Positions 27,939 to 38,809 of a stretch of 64,000 bases of DNA are shown here, one piece after another. The stretch's first letter is position 1. Every line of letters starts with the position of its first letter. The translations under genes were made by a program, and so were the position numbers. The stretch covers positions 43,349 through 107,348 of the forward strand of contig JAHDDH010000002.1 of NCBI GenBank assembly GCA_020629455.1, read 5' to 3'. The notes beneath the pieces are model-generated. The model worked only from the letters and a program-made list of their open reading frames with translations, made no database searches and was not told the origin of the DNA. Source of the stretch: Cytophagales bacterium (GTDB lineage Bacteria > Bacteroidota > Bacteroidia > Cytophagales > Amoebophilaceae).

Positions 27939-29612
27939 TCATTTTTTATTGACAAAACGCTCCCACACTTGCTGATTGATTATTTTATCTGTTTTTATTT
28001 CTAAAATTTTCAATCGATCACTCGTTTGAAAAAAATCTTTTAAAATGTCTTGTAATGCCAATTGATTTTCTGCAAAATGATAGTCAAACCCATAAGACTG
28101 CGCCAAACCTGCCGCATTGAGCGGCTGGCATCCTTCAAAATGTGTAGATAATGCCGAGTGATGTTTAGCACCTGTCATAAGACGAAAAATATTACCTCCA
28201 TGATTATTTAATAAAATGATATATACATTTTTTAATTTTTCATGATGCCAAAAAGCATTTTGATCATAAAAAAAAGCCACATCACCTGTTAAAAGCACCA
28301 CTTTTTTCGATGTCACCAAAGCATTGCCAATGGCTGTACTCGTAGTGCCATCAATCCCATTGGTACCACGATTGGCATATACCAAAACATCTGGCGTATG
28401 GATACCAATCAAATCCACATAACGAATAGGCATGCTATTGCCTATATGCAAAATACTGTGAGTAGGTAAATATTTCAATACATCAACAGTAGCAGAAAAA
28501 TCACCAAAAGACAAAACAGAAAAAAATTTTTCTTTCCGTTGTTGACATATTTTTTCTCTGGATCTCCATTGCTGAAAATATGCTTGTTGTGCCATTGTTG
28601 GCTTATAGATTTTATTCCATTGCTGAAAAAAAAAAATAGGCGACATGGCAAAAATATCTGTCACCGACTGAAAGGTATCAACAATGACACTCCCTGGTTG
28701 AAAATGCCAATGCATAGCAGGCTGGTGTTGCCTAAAAAACTGCTTCAAACGTTTCGAAAGAACAGATTTTCCTAAACTAATGAGCAATGTAGGTTGCAAA
28801 ACGGACACTGATGCTTGAGCAGATAAAACCCAATCAATATTTTTTATACAGAGCATCTGATCATGAATATTGGCCGTAATATCTCCAATAACTGGAATAT
28901 AATTTTGTAATAACCCTTGCAACATTGCATGAAAATTTATATTCCTATCATGTTGTTGTCCAAGCAAAACAAGCACTTTCTCACTTTTTGCTAAAATTTG
29001 AGACATCTCTTCAAAGGCTTTCTCTGGCAAATAATCCTCAACATTCCATTTTCTAATCTTTTTAACAGAATGTTGACCATATTTTTTTTCCGATGATAAA
29101 TATAATGGCTCACGCAAAGGTATATTGATATGTACAGGACCTGATGGCTTTTGCTGGGACAAAAAAATAGCTTCTTGCAATATCCTATCGTGATACCACA
29201 GCATATCTGGATGACTTTCAGTACAATATTGATAACTTTTTTTTACATTTTTTCCATAAATCTGTTGTTGATCAATCATTTGGCCATCTTGCTGGCCCAT
29301 CCATTCAACGGGTCTGTCGGCTGTGAGTACGAGTAAAGGAATCTGTTGGTAGTAAGCTTCTGCAAGCGCAGGCGCAAAATGATAAGGTGCAGTGCCAGAA
29401 GTACAAATAAGCACCACAGGCATTTGTAAATGTTGCGCCATTCCCAAAGCAATAAAAGCAGCAGAACGTTCATCAAAAATTATTTTGGTTTGTATCTGTG
29501 TATGCTCTAGAAAAGCAATAGTGAGCGGAGCAGAGCGAGAACCCGGAGCTATAATCGCATGCCGAATGCCATGGATTGCACAAAGATGAGGAATATTAAT
29601 AACAGACATCAA
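27939..29612 (-). CDS. menD: 2-succinyl-5-enolpyruvyl-6-hydroxy-3-cyclohexene-1-carboxylate (SEPHCHC) synthase
   Basis: 557 aa ThDP enzyme. N-terminal GSRSAPLT...DERSAAFIALG and C-terminal ThDP motif GDVAFFYD...LNNHGGNIF are typical of MenD. Confidence 0.88.
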   Translation of the reverse strand: MMSVINIPHLCAIHGIRHAIIAPGSRSAPLTIAFLEHTQIQTKIIFDERSAAFIALGMAQHLQMPVVLICTSGTAPYHFAPALAEAYYQQIPLLVLTADRPVEWMGQQDGQMIDQQQIYGKNVKKSYQYCTESHPDMLWYHDRILQEAIFLSQQKPSGPVHINIPLREPLYLSSEKKYGQHSVKKIRKWNVEDYLPEKAFEEMSQILAKSEKVLVLLGQQHDRNINFHAMLQGLLQNYIPVIGDITANIHDQMLCIKNIDWVLSAQASVSVLQPTLLISLGKSVLSKRLKQFFRQHQPAMHWHFQPGSVIVDTFQSVTDIFAMSPIFFFQQWNKIYKPTMAQQAYFQQWRSREKICQQRKEKFFSVLSFGDFSATVDVLKYLPTHSILHIGNSMPIRYVDLIGIHTPDVLVYANRGTNGIDGTTSTAIGNALVTSKKVVLLTGDVAFFYDQNAFWHHEKLKNVYIILLNNHGGNIFRLMTGAKHHSALSTHFEGCQPLNAAGLAQSYGFDYHFAENQLALQDILKDFFQTSDRLKILEIKTDKIINQQVWERFVNKK

Positions 29613-29628
29613 AAACAGTAAGCATTAT

Positions 29629-30738
29629 TCAAGTTTGTAAATATTGCATCAGCAAACGAGCGGCGTATTGTGCTGGTGGTTGGGTTGTTTGAAGCTGTGC
29701 TTTTACTTTTGTGTAATGATGACGTTGTTTTTGTCTATAAGCTTGGGTTAAAATTTTTTTGAGATGAAAACATACATATGTTGGACATAGATCTTTTTGA
29801 ATGAGCTCTGTCACAATATTGTCTTGTGCAAGAATATTGACTAAACCAATATATTTTATCTTTAAAAAACAACGTGCCAAAAAATAAGTAAACGCATAAG
29901 TTTTATAAACCAAAATTTGTGGTACATCAAACAACAATGTCTCTAACGTAGCAGTACCAGAAGTGACTACAGCCGCATGGGCATGAGATAATAGGGTATA
30001 AGATTGCTCAACTAAAATTTTTACGTTATATCCTCGAGTTATTTTTTGATACAAAGCAATTGGCAAGCTATCAACAGCAGCAATACAAAATTGATAAGCA
30101 GGAAAATGAGAAATGATTTTTACAAGTATAGGCAATACAGCCTGTACTTCCTGCCAACGACTGCCTGGTAAAAAGGCAATAATTTTTTTTTTAGGATCGA
30201 GTTGATGTTTCGAAAAAAAATCAGTCATGGGCTGAAAATGCTCAATATTGTGCACTAACGGATGGCCAATATAGGCTACAGGATAATGATATTGTGCGTA
30301 AAATGCTTTTTCAAAAGGCAAAATCGTGAACATATGGTCCACATCCCTTTGTATATTTTTGATTCTTCTACGGTGCCAAGCCCAAATTTTAGGACTGATG
30401 TAATAACAAGTTTTGATACAATTTTTTTTGGCAAACCGAGCCATACGTAAATTAAACCCTGCAAAATCAATGAGTATTATTGCGTGTGGCTGGAAGGCTA
30501 AGATATCTTGTTGACATTTTTTATAAAGACGAAAAAAACGAAAAAAATACCTTATAAACCGAAAACCCATCATGGCGATGGATTGATAATGCTGAAATAA
30601 TACAACGCCAGTGCATTGCATCTGAACACCACCAATACCTCTTATTTTTGCTTTGGGATCTTTTTGAAAAATAGCTTTGGCTAAATCAGCACCATAAAGA
30701 TCACCTGACTTCTCTCCTGCTATGATGTAATAACGCAT
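29629..30738 (-). CDS. lpxB: lipid-A-disaccharide synthase
   Basis: 369 aa. N-terminus MRYYIIAGEKSGDLYGA, FLPGSR and AAVVTSGTATLE are conserved LpxB blocks. Confidence 0.92.
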   Translation of the reverse strand: MRYYIIAGEKSGDLYGADLAKAIFQKDPKAKIRGIGGVQMQCTGVVLFQHYQSIAMMGFRFIRYFFRFFRLYKKCQQDILAFQPHAIILIDFAGFNLRMARFAKKNCIKTCYYISPKIWAWHRRRIKNIQRDVDHMFTILPFEKAFYAQYHYPVAYIGHPLVHNIEHFQPMTDFFSKHQLDPKKKIIAFLPGSRWQEVQAVLPILVKIISHFPAYQFCIAAVDSLPIALYQKITRGYNVKILVEQSYTLLSHAHAAVVTSGTATLETLLFDVPQILVYKTYAFTYFLARCFLKIKYIGLVNILAQDNIVTELIQKDLCPTYVCFHLKKILTQAYRQKQRHHYTKVKAQLQTTQPPAQYAARLLMQYLQT

Positions 30739-31452
30739 TCAAAATAAAAGTATTTTTTCTTTTCGAAAAGAAAAAAAATCATAATCTGTAAAAATGATAT
30801 GGTCAATGACCGGGATATACATTACTTGACCCATTTGGATAATCGTTTTTGTCAAGGTAATATCTGAAACGCTGGGCTGTATATTGCCCGAAGGATGATT
30901 ATGAATGAGGACAATAGCAGAACTATTTTCTGCTAAAGCTATTTTAAAAATAATCCGAGGATCAACTGTTGTTTTAGAAATACCGCCTTTACTAATTTGT
31001 TGCTTTTTAAGTAAATAGTGGCTTTTGTTGAGTAAAAGTATCCAAAACTCTTCTGTTGTCTTGTCTTTGAGATCTGGAAGCATGCATCTGTAGATTGCCT
31101 GTGGATCGTTGAGTTTTATTTTTTTTTCTGAGGGAATTTCGTTTCTTCTTCGACTGATTTCTATAGCACTTACAATATTAATGGCTTTGGCTTGACCAAT
31201 ACCTTTAAATTTTTGTAAATCTTTTACAGAACAACGGGCCAATGCATCTAAACTATAATCATAAAATTTAAGGATGTGTTGAGCTAGGTCTACAGCACTT
31301 TGATTTTGAGTGCCTGAACCAATAAGGATGGCAAGTAATTCGTATACTGATAGAGCAGAAGCGCCTTTTTGCAATAATTTTTCTCTTGGCCTATCTTCTG
31401 CTGCCCAGTCTTTTATTTTTAAATTTTTTTGAAGATCTGCATGATGCATCAA
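30739..31452 (-). CDS. radC: RadC-family JAB/MPN domain protein
   Basis: 237 aa. Helix-hairpin-helix region (LQKFKGIGQAKA) and JAMM motif HNHPSG...PS..D. Its stop abuts the lpxB start with no intergenic nucleotide. Confidence 0.9.
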   Translation of the reverse strand: MMHHADLQKNLKIKDWAAEDRPREKLLQKGASALSVYELLAILIGSGTQNQSAVDLAQHILKFYDYSLDALARCSVKDLQKFKGIGQAKAINIVSAIEISRRRNEIPSEKKIKLNDPQAIYRCMLPDLKDKTTEEFWILLLNKSHYLLKKQQISKGGISKTTVDPRIIFKIALAENSSAIVLIHNHPSGNIQPSVSDITLTKTIIQMGQVMYIPVIDHIIFTDYDFFSFRKEKILLF

Positions 31453-31463
31453 AACAGCAAAAA

Positions 31464-31718
31464 TTAAGGTAAACGATTAACAAAACGCATCAATTTTGAT
31501 TTTTGATTGGCTGCTTTGTTTTTATGGATGATATTATTTTTTGCCAATTTATCAATTTTAGAAATTGCTTCATTGAGCATCTTTTGTGCTGCTATTTTTT
31601 CAGTCATTTTAGTAATTTTTTTAATATACGTTCTACAGCTTTTATGCTGGTATCGATTTCTTAATCTTTTTCTTTCATCAGAACGTAATCTTTTTTTTGC
31701 AGATGATAAATGAGGCAT
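31464..31718 (-). CDS. rpsT: 30S ribosomal protein S20
   Basis: 84 aa. SAKKRLRSDERKRLRN and IIHKNKAANQKSKL match the S20 consensus. Confidence 0.93.
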   Translation of the reverse strand: MPHLSSAKKRLRSDERKRLRNRYQHKSCRTYIKKITKMTEKIAAQKMLNEAISKIDKLAKNNIIHKNKAANQKSKLMRFVNRLP

Positions 31719-31760
31719 AGTTTTTTAATTTTTCATAAATATAAAACTTCTTGGTGTGGA

Positions 31761-32903
31761 TTAAAAAATATAGGTAAAAGAAAAATGTGTGTCTACATAG
31801 GTTAAAATACCTTTTTCGCTGATTGGTAAAATATGTGAATGTAAACCCAAAAAAGTATTTTTAATACATTTTATAGCAATACCTGGTTTTATAAAAAATG
31901 GTAAAGGCATCTTAGTTGGTTCATCTCTTTTATCTAGAGAAAATAAAATCATACCTATTTGTAAATCTGGAATAAAAATACCGTAAAATAATGATATACC
32001 TGTTAATAATTTTATTTTCAATGTATTAAACCTTGCCATATTTTCTTCTTTCATATAAACTTGTGTATTCCAATCTTGGACAATGGCTAAACCTATACTG
32101 CTGTAGGTGTTTTTATATAATCTTTTGTTGTATTTACCTACAATGGAAAGTATAGGATAATATTTTTCACGAAATTTTTTCATAGTAAACATAGGCCCAA
32201 TGGTCAGATATTGGGTTCTTTTATGTTTTTTATAGTAATAATTTGTTTGTGACCCAGGATTCAGGGTATAGTGAAAGCCTAAATAAGCAGAAAAAAAATT
32301 AAGGTTTTTTGTACTCCTTTGACTATTGTTGGTTACTTTTTTTTTTTCTTTTTCTGCCTCACATGGGATCAAGTGATAATTTAATCCTAAATTCAAACGA
32401 AAATATTTGTTTAGTTTATAATAAGTATTCCATCCAAACGTAGTGTGAAACAATAACCCACTATAATAATCATGATTTCGTGTAGGAATATTTTTCATTT
32501 GTATACCTCCCAAACCCCAACGTAAGGTTATGTAAAATTGCTCATGATAATGAAACTTAGGCTCCACATATAACAAAGTACTCATTCCTTGAGTTTGTTT
32601 TTTAGACTCTTTTTGTCCAAAATTATAAAAATCAAAAGCAAGACCTATTTCAGGATAAAAATTCCAAAATTTCCACAATGCCTTGTTGACATAAAGAGTG
32701 GATAAATCAAACCCATAACCATATTTTTTACCTTGTAAATCTTTTGTAATGGCATTTGTAGAGATAAGGTAAACAGAGTTTTTTACACGTAAAGCAATGG
32801 GATAATAACGATCTTTTTGGATAGGCTTGGCTTCGGTAACCAATGAAATACAAAGAAAAAATAATATAAATACTACAAAAAAATATTTTTTAGAAAAAAA
32901 CAT
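31761..32903 (-). CDS. putative outer-membrane beta-barrel protein (unknown family)
   Basis: 380 aa. Signal peptide (FVVFILFFLCISLVTEA), Tyr/Gly/Asn-rich alternating pattern and C-terminal FSFTYIF. Confidence 0.55.
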   Translation of the reverse strand: MFFSKKYFFVVFILFFLCISLVTEAKPIQKDRYYPIALRVKNSVYLISTNAITKDLQGKKYGYGFDLSTLYVNKALWKFWNFYPEIGLAFDFYNFGQKESKKQTQGMSTLLYVEPKFHYHEQFYITLRWGLGGIQMKNIPTRNHDYYSGLLFHTTFGWNTYYKLNKYFRLNLGLNYHLIPCEAEKEKKKVTNNSQRSTKNLNFFSAYLGFHYTLNPGSQTNYYYKKHKRTQYLTIGPMFTMKKFREKYYPILSIVGKYNKRLYKNTYSSIGLAIVQDWNTQVYMKEENMARFNTLKIKLLTGISLFYGIFIPDLQIGMILFSLDKRDEPTKMPLPFFIKPGIAIKCIKNTFLGLHSHILPISEKGILTYVDTHFSFTYIF

Positions 32904-32996
32904 GTATAAGGCTAAAAATTTAAAATTTTTAATATAATCATTTTGAAAAAAAGAACTAGAATATCTATTGAATAATCGTAATTATTTTCAAAAAAA

Positions 32997-34109
32997 CTAT
33001 AATGGTTTCAAAACCCTGTGAATAGCCAAAGAAAGACTTAAAAAAAGCATTTTGGCCTGTGCATTACGTTGGAGTTGATGATATTTTTGTTGTAGTAATT
33101 GAATCATTTGTATCAACTGAGTATCATCTACAATCTTTACAAAATTTTGTATAAATAAATATACATCAGCAGGCATTTTAGAGGCAGGTAATGGATTAAA
33201 ACAATGATGTAGCATATGTTTCATCAAATAAAGTACGAAAAAAAAAAAAGAACATTGCTCTGTTTGTGTCCATGTAGCAAACTCTTCCATTTTTTTAATC
33301 AACTGCGCACTATCCTTTTTGAAACAACTACGCAGCCAAATATGAAAAAAAGTAAATGTTTCTTGGAAAGCATTTGCTCGCACAAGCCACTTTTGAGTCA
33401 TATTGAAATCATGATGTGACATAAAAAGCCATTGATCCAACTTGGGATGCCCTTGATACGACTGAGATAAAATTTGATGGATATTTTTTTTTGAAAAGGA
33501 AGGTACATGAAAATGCTGTGCACGAGAAATAATTGTAGGCAATACTTGATCTATATTATGAGTCACTAAAAAAAAAAGCACATGTACAGGAGGTTCTTCC
33601 AAAGTTTTTAGCAAAGCATTGGCCATACTTACATGAAAATATTCTGGGCACCAAATCAAAAAAATTTTATAATCACTCTCTATAGGCAAATTTTTTATGT
33701 TACTTAACATCTTTTGTGTGATTTCTTTTGGAATCATCAATTGCTTTTGTGCCCCTATCTCAGTAGCCCATGACTCTAGACTAGGAGAGAAATTTTTCTT
33801 AAGCAAACGCATCCAAGTAGTTGTATAATGATGCGCTGTATACAATACACGACTATTGATAGGCAATATATAATACATATCAGGATGTATTCCTCTGTCT
33901 ATTTTCTGACAACTTTTACAAACACCACAAGCATCTTCCTCTTTTTTTGCTTGGCAGTGCAGATAAGTAGCCAAAGCCATTGACAAAGACACACAAGGAC
34001 TATTGAAAGTGCCAAAAAACAACTGCGCGTGGGGTAAACGATGATATTTTTCCAAAGTAAGTAGCTTTTTTTTGATATGGAAAGTATCAGGAATATCTTG
34101 AAAGAGCAT
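32997..34109 (-). CDS. holB: DNA polymerase III subunit delta'
   Basis: 370 aa. Degenerate AAA+ N-terminus (RLPHAQLFFG), zinc module CGVCKSCQKIDRGIHPD, KTLEEPP and SRAQ. Confidence 0.8.
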   Translation of the reverse strand: MLFQDIPDTFHIKKKLLTLEKYHRLPHAQLFFGTFNSPCVSLSMALATYLHCQAKKEEDACGVCKSCQKIDRGIHPDMYYILPINSRVLYTAHHYTTTWMRLLKKNFSPSLESWATEIGAQKQLMIPKEITQKMLSNIKNLPIESDYKIFLIWCPEYFHVSMANALLKTLEEPPVHVLFFLVTHNIDQVLPTIISRAQHFHVPSFSKKNIHQILSQSYQGHPKLDQWLFMSHHDFNMTQKWLVRANAFQETFTFFHIWLRSCFKKDSAQLIKKMEEFATWTQTEQCSFFFFVLYLMKHMLHHCFNPLPASKMPADVYLFIQNFVKIVDDTQLIQMIQLLQQKYHQLQRNAQAKMLFLSLSLAIHRVLKPL

Positions 34110-34212
34110 AAGATGTAGCGTATATTAAAACAATAGAAGCTCTAATAATCAGCATTTATTTTTTAAATTAAAAATGGCTTTTTATAACCAGACTATTTAT
34201 TTTTATTGATTT

Positions 34213-35703
34213 ATGACTGATTGCATTATTGAAAAATATATCCCAATCATTGGCTTAGAAGTGCATGCACAACTCATCACAAAACGCAAAATATTTGCCC
34301 CTGAAGCAGCTGTTTATGGTGCACTTCCCAATACATATACCAGTGCCATCACTTTGGCTCATCCAGGTACATTGCCTAGCATCAATCAAGCAGCCATTGT
34401 ACAAGCCATCAAGCTAGGATTGTCTTGTCAGGCCAACATTACCACATATAACCACTTTGACAGAAAAAACTATTGCTATCCTGATTTGACCAAAGGCTAT
34501 CAAATCACACAAAATAGTACACCCATTGCCAGTAAAGGGTTTATCAAAATTCAAACCTCGGATACTAAAGAAAAAAAAATTACTCTCACCCGCATTCACC
34601 TGGAAGAAGATACCGGAAAATCTTTATACAACATAAGCCCTGGAGAAGGATTAATAGATTATAACAGAGCAGGCACACCACTGATAGAAATTGTCACAGA
34701 TCCTGTCATCAGCTCTGGAGAAGAGGCTTATCAATATCTTAAAACACTGCGCAAACTTTTACGTCATTTAGATATTTGTGATGGCAATATGGAAGAAGGT
34801 TCTTTACGTTGTGATGCTAATATTTCAGTTATGAAAAAAGGAGATACAAAATGGGGTACCAAAGTAGAAGTAAAAAATATGAACTCCATGCGACATGTAG
34901 AGCTCGCCATACAGTATGAAATCAAAAGACAAGTAGAAATATTACAAAAAAACGAAAATATTATGTCTGCCACGAGGATGTATAATGCAACCACAGGAAA
35001 AACCGTACACATGAGAAAAAAAGAAACTGCCAATGACTATCGCTATTTCCCTGAACCTGATATAAGCCCTATCGTTATAGAAAAAAAATGGTTAGAATCT
35101 ATACAAGCACAAATGCCTTTATTACCAGAACAGTGGTTAGAAAAATTAATCAACACTTATCAATTGTCTACATACGATGCACAAAATATTTTGGAAGACA
35201 AACACTTAGCAGCTTATTACGAAGCTGTATGCACAGATATTACCTATTATAAAACAGCAGCCAATTGGATTTTAGGTCCCATCAAATCTTATCTGAATGA
35301 AAAAAATATACCTATACAAGCATATCCTCTCCAAACAAGTACTGTTACAGCCATTATACGCTTAATAGAAGAAGAAAATGTACATTTTTCTATAGTAGTA
35401 CAAAAAATACACCCCATTCTTTTAAAAAAAACAACAAAAACACCTCTCGAGGTTGCTAAATCATTAGGAGTATGGCAAACATTAGATGAAGAAAAAAATT
35501 TACAAACAACCATCCAAAAAATACTCAACCAACATATAGCCAAAGTAAAAACATATCAAAACGGCAAAAAAGGATTGTTGGGATTTTTTATGGGAAAAAT
35601 TATGCAAGCAACCAAAGGAAAGGTAAATCCTAAAAAAGCAAATGATGTATTAAAAACTTGCATAGAAAATCATTCGTGTGCAGCAGATGAAGGTTTACGA
35701 TAA
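34213..35703 (+). CDS. gatB: Asp-tRNA(Asn)/Glu-tRNA(Gln) amidotransferase subunit B
   Basis: 496 aa. IGLEVHAQL, RIHLEEDTGK, DYNRAGTPLIEIV, LRCDANIS and a C-terminal YqeY-like tail. Confidence 0.96.
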   Translation: MTDCIIEKYIPIIGLEVHAQLITKRKIFAPEAAVYGALPNTYTSAITLAHPGTLPSINQAAIVQAIKLGLSCQANITTYNHFDRKNYCYPDLTKGYQITQNSTPIASKGFIKIQTSDTKEKKITLTRIHLEEDTGKSLYNISPGEGLIDYNRAGTPLIEIVTDPVISSGEEAYQYLKTLRKLLRHLDICDGNMEEGSLRCDANISVMKKGDTKWGTKVEVKNMNSMRHVELAIQYEIKRQVEILQKNENIMSATRMYNATTGKTVHMRKKETANDYRYFPEPDISPIVIEKKWLESIQAQMPLLPEQWLEKLINTYQLSTYDAQNILEDKHLAAYYEAVCTDITYYKTAANWILGPIKSYLNEKNIPIQAYPLQTSTVTAIIRLIEEENVHFSIVVQKIHPILLKKTTKTPLEVAKSLGVWQTLDEEKNLQTTIQKILNQHIAKVKTYQNGKKGLLGFFMGKIMQATKGKVNPKKANDVLKTCIENHSCAADEGLR

Positions 35704-36836
35704 TTATAATGTACAGAAGAAGAAGAAAAATGTTGGTTAGTATACCCTCTACTCACACTTAAAACTACACCCAGACTAATAGCTGTAAACAATAAAGAAG
35801 TACCCCCCATGCTGATCAAAGGTAAATTTAAACCCGTGACTGGCAATAAGCCCACAGTCACTGCCATATTGATCAGCGCTTGTAATGTGATAAAAAAAGC
35901 AATGCCCCCCACCAACAACGCCCCGAATAAACAGGTAACCTTTTCCATGATATACAAAGCCCTGTAGAGCAACATACAATAAAGTAATAAAACCAAAAAC
36001 CCACCCAAAAGGCCATACTCTTCTATAATAATAGCATAAATGAAATCAGCATAAGGATAAGGCAAAAAATTACGTTGTACACTTTTGCCCATGCCTTTGC
36101 CATAAATACCACCCGTAGCCAATGCCATAAAAGATTGTACAGATTGGTATGTATACTCTTGAGATACAAATCTTTTAATCCTATTAAACGCTGTTTTTTT
36201 TCTTTGTCCAAACTGAATCAAAACCCCACCCACCATCAGACATAAAAAAGAAAAAAAAAAAATACGCTTGAAAGGAATTTTTCCTATAAATAAAATGATC
36301 AAACAGCTGACAAAAAGCAATAAAGCACACGATAAATTAGTCAAAGCAATAGCCCCTACAATAGCAGTAATCCAAAAAAAAATTTTAGTCAATACCTGAA
36401 AAAGATTTTGCTGATATTTATGGTATTTGTACACTGAGTGAGCAATGACAATGAGCAAAGCAATTTGTGCTATATCAGACGGTTGAAAAGTTTTTCCCAA
36501 AAAAGGAATTTTAATCCAACGAGATGCTTCGTTAATTTTAATACCATATTGCCAAGTAATGATCAACAAAGGAAATGAGATCCATAAACCTATCTTGGCC
36601 AATCCCTGTAAGTAGCGATAGTCAATGTTGTGCACCAAAAACATGGCTACAATACTACACAATAACAAAAACATATGCTTGAAAAGATAATACTCTGTAT
36701 TGCCTGACATCTGTCGATAAGCCAATGAGCTCGTAGCACTATAAACAGCCAAAATACTGATACAGAAAAAAAGAAAAGTAATCATCCAAATAATAAGATC
36801 ACCTTTAAAATATTTCTGTATCCATTCCTGCTGCAT
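35670..36836 (-). CDS. FtsW/RodA/SpoVE (SEDS) family peptidoglycan glycosyltransferase
   Basis: 388 aa with about 10 TM segments. Conserved SEDS blocks QPSDIAQIALLI, DFIYAIIIEEYGLLGG and LPLISMGGTS. Its 3' end overlaps convergent gatB by 34 nt. I cannot tell RodA from FtsW here. Confidence 0.88.
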   Translation of the reverse strand: MQQEWIQKYFKGDLIIWMITFLFFCISILAVYSATSSLAYRQMSGNTEYYLFKHMFLLLCSIVAMFLVHNIDYRYLQGLAKIGLWISFPLLIITWQYGIKINEASRWIKIPFLGKTFQPSDIAQIALLIVIAHSVYKYHKYQQNLFQVLTKIFFWITAIVGAIALTNLSCALLLFVSCLIILFIGKIPFKRIFFFSFLCLMVGGVLIQFGQRKKTAFNRIKRFVSQEYTYQSVQSFMALATGGIYGKGMGKSVQRNFLPYPYADFIYAIIIEEYGLLGGFLVLLLYCMLLYRALYIMEKVTCLFGALLVGGIAFFITLQALINMAVTVGLLPVTGLNLPLISMGGTSLLFTAISLGVVLSVSRGYTNQHFSSSSVHYNYRKPSSAAHE

Positions 36837-36868
36837 ATATCATCGGTTAAAAAAAATGAAAAATCTGG

Positions 36869-38173
36869 TTATATTTTTGTAAGTTCTTGTTGTAGCATCT
36901 TTTTATTTTTGATAATTTTTTTCATACGATCTTTATAAGTAATCAATTGATTGATCATTTGCAGGCTTTGACCACTGCCGTTGGCAATTCTTCTTTTGCG
37001 CACAGCATCAAGCAGGCTAGGATTTTCTCTTTCCTTAGGGGTCATGGATTGTATAATCACTTCAAAAGGCTGCAGTGTAAAATTGATATCTTCATTAGTT
37101 TGTAAATTTTTTTTAATGCCAGGAACAAAATTCATCAACTTTTGAGCACCTCCCAGTTTTTTTATTTTTTGGATTTGGCTGTAAAAATCATTGAAATCCA
37201 ATGTGTTTTTGTATACTTTTTTTAAAATTTTTTTTGCCTCTTTTTCATCATAAACTGCTTGTGATTTTTCTACTAAAGAAACAATATCATCCATGCCTAA
37301 AATACGTTTTGCCATCCTATCAGGATGAAAAATGTCTAAGTCCTGTACTTTTTCTCCATGGCTAATCATTTTAATTGGCTTATCTACTACATACCGCAAA
37401 GTAAGGGCTGCTCCTCCTCTAGCATCACCATCCATTTTCGTGAGTATAACACCATCAAACTGTAGATACTCATCAAAAGACTTAGCAATGTTGACAGCAT
37501 CTTGACCTGTCATTGCATCTAAAGCTAATAGAGTTTCTGTAGGCTGAATTTTTTTTTTTATCTCTTGAATTTCTTGCATCATCTTTTGATCCACTGCCAA
37601 TCTACCTGCAGTGTCTAAAATCATCATATGAAAACCATTTTCTTTAGCATAAGCTACAGCATCTTTTGCTATTTTAAGCGGTTTTTTTTCTGTTGTTTGA
37701 AAAACAGTAATATCTATGTCTTGGGCTAATGTATACAATTGGTCAATAGCAGCTGGCCTATAAACATCACAAGAGGCTAAGAGTACTTTTTTGCTCTTTT
37801 CTTTAAAGTACAAACCCAATTTGGCAGCTAATGTAGTTTTTCCAGCCCCTTGTAAACCAGCTAAAAGAATGATACAAGGCTTTGCATGGATATTGATAGA
37901 CACTTGCTTCTCTCCCATCATCAATGCAAGCTCTTCACTGACAATTTTTGTAAAGAGCTGTCCAGGAGATACGTTGGTAAGAATATCTCTCCCTAAAGCT
38001 TTTTTTTTGATACTGTTGGTGACTTCTTTGGCTATTTTATAATGTACATCGGCAGTGATTAATGCGTTTCTTATTTCTTTAACGGTGCTGGCAATATTAA
38101 TCTCGGTAATTCTTCCTTTGCCTTTCAAGTTTTTTACAGCTTTTTCAATTCTTTCTCTTAAATTTTCAAACAT
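36869..38173 (-). CDS. ffh: signal recognition particle protein Ffh
   Basis: 434 aa from the ATG at 38173 (MFENLRERIEKAVKNLKGKG, the canonical Ffh N-terminus); the track's extra 25 codons are unlikely. GLQGAGKTT, DTAGR, TKMDGDARGG and a Met-rich M domain are present. Confidence 0.95.
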   Translation of the reverse strand: MFENLRERIEKAVKNLKGKGRITEINIASTVKEIRNALITADVHYKIAKEVTNSIKKKALGRDILTNVSPGQLFTKIVSEELALMMGEKQVSINIHAKPCIILLAGLQGAGKTTLAAKLGLYFKEKSKKVLLASCDVYRPAAIDQLYTLAQDIDITVFQTTEKKPLKIAKDAVAYAKENGFHMMILDTAGRLAVDQKMMQEIQEIKKKIQPTETLLALDAMTGQDAVNIAKSFDEYLQFDGVILTKMDGDARGGAALTLRYVVDKPIKMISHGEKVQDLDIFHPDRMAKRILGMDDIVSLVEKSQAVYDEKEAKKILKKVYKNTLDFNDFYSQIQKIKKLGGAQKLMNFVPGIKKNLQTNEDINFTLQPFEVIIQSMTPKERENPSLLDAVRKRRIANGSGQSLQMINQLITYKDRMKKIIKNKKMLQQELTKI

Positions 38174-38789
38174 AAAATGAGGGTTTAAATGAAGGGGTTT
38201 GCAAATATTTTTGAAGATGTTGATGAATGTATTTGCCAATAATATCAAATTCTAGATTAACATATGTTTGCATTTGTAAATTTTGAAAATTGGTATAGTG
38301 ATAAGTATGTGGAATAATAGCTACATCAAAAGATTGATCACTTACATGAAAACAAGTCAAACTGACCCCATTGACAGCAACAGATCCTTTTTCTACTAAA
38401 AAATAAGGATCACTATTGTAAGAAAAAGTATACTGCCAGCTGCTACCTTTCGCCTGTATGGCAATACATTGCGCTATTTGATCTATATGGCCTTGCACAA
38501 GATGACCATGCAACCTACCTTGAGAAGGTACCGGTTGTTCTAGGTTAATTCGATCATGGATACGCCAATAGCGAATATTGGTTTTTTGTAGCGTTTCTGC
38601 TACTGCAATGATCTGATAAGCATTGGACAAAATTTTAGTGATCGTACAGCAAATCCCATCATGAGACAAGCTATCTCCTACGTTTAGTTGTGGCAAAAGC
38701 GTTGTGGAAAGTGTAATCTCATAGTGATCTATGTTTAGTTTTTGGATATTGACTACTTTCCCTATATTTTCTATGATACCGGAAAACAT
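38166..38789 (-). CDS. ribE: riboflavin synthase (alpha chain)
   Basis: 207 aa from the ATG at 38789 (MFSGIIENIGKV, the canonical start). Duplicated barrel motifs GDSLSHDGICCT and GSVAVNGVSLT. The stop overlaps the ffh start (ATGTTTGA, 8-nt overlap). Confidence 0.92.
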   Translation of the reverse strand: MFSGIIENIGKVVNIQKLNIDHYEITLSTTLLPQLNVGDSLSHDGICCTITKILSNAYQIIAVAETLQKTNIRYWRIHDRINLEQPVPSQGRLHGHLVQGHIDQIAQCIAIQAKGSSWQYTFSYNSDPYFLVEKGSVAVNGVSLTCFHVSDQSFDVAIIPHTYHYTNFQNLQMQTYVNLEFDIIGKYIHQHLQKYLQTPSFKPSFYV

Positions 38790-38809
38790 GCTAAAAATGA
38801 AAAAAATAT

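Noticed and set aside
38174-38248. 25-codon upstream extension of ffh and 9-codon extension of ribE (38790-38816)
   Set aside because: The canonical N-termini MFENLRERI (Ffh) and MFSGIIENIG (RibE) begin at internal Met codons. The extensions would overlap neighbouring genes.
38790-38809. FMN riboswitch upstream of ribE; also T-box or other leaders upstream of ileS (39767-39884)
   Set aside because: The ribE upstream spacer is 20 nt. The ileS leader is short, AT-rich and lacks any conserved riboswitch or T-box core that I can recognise.
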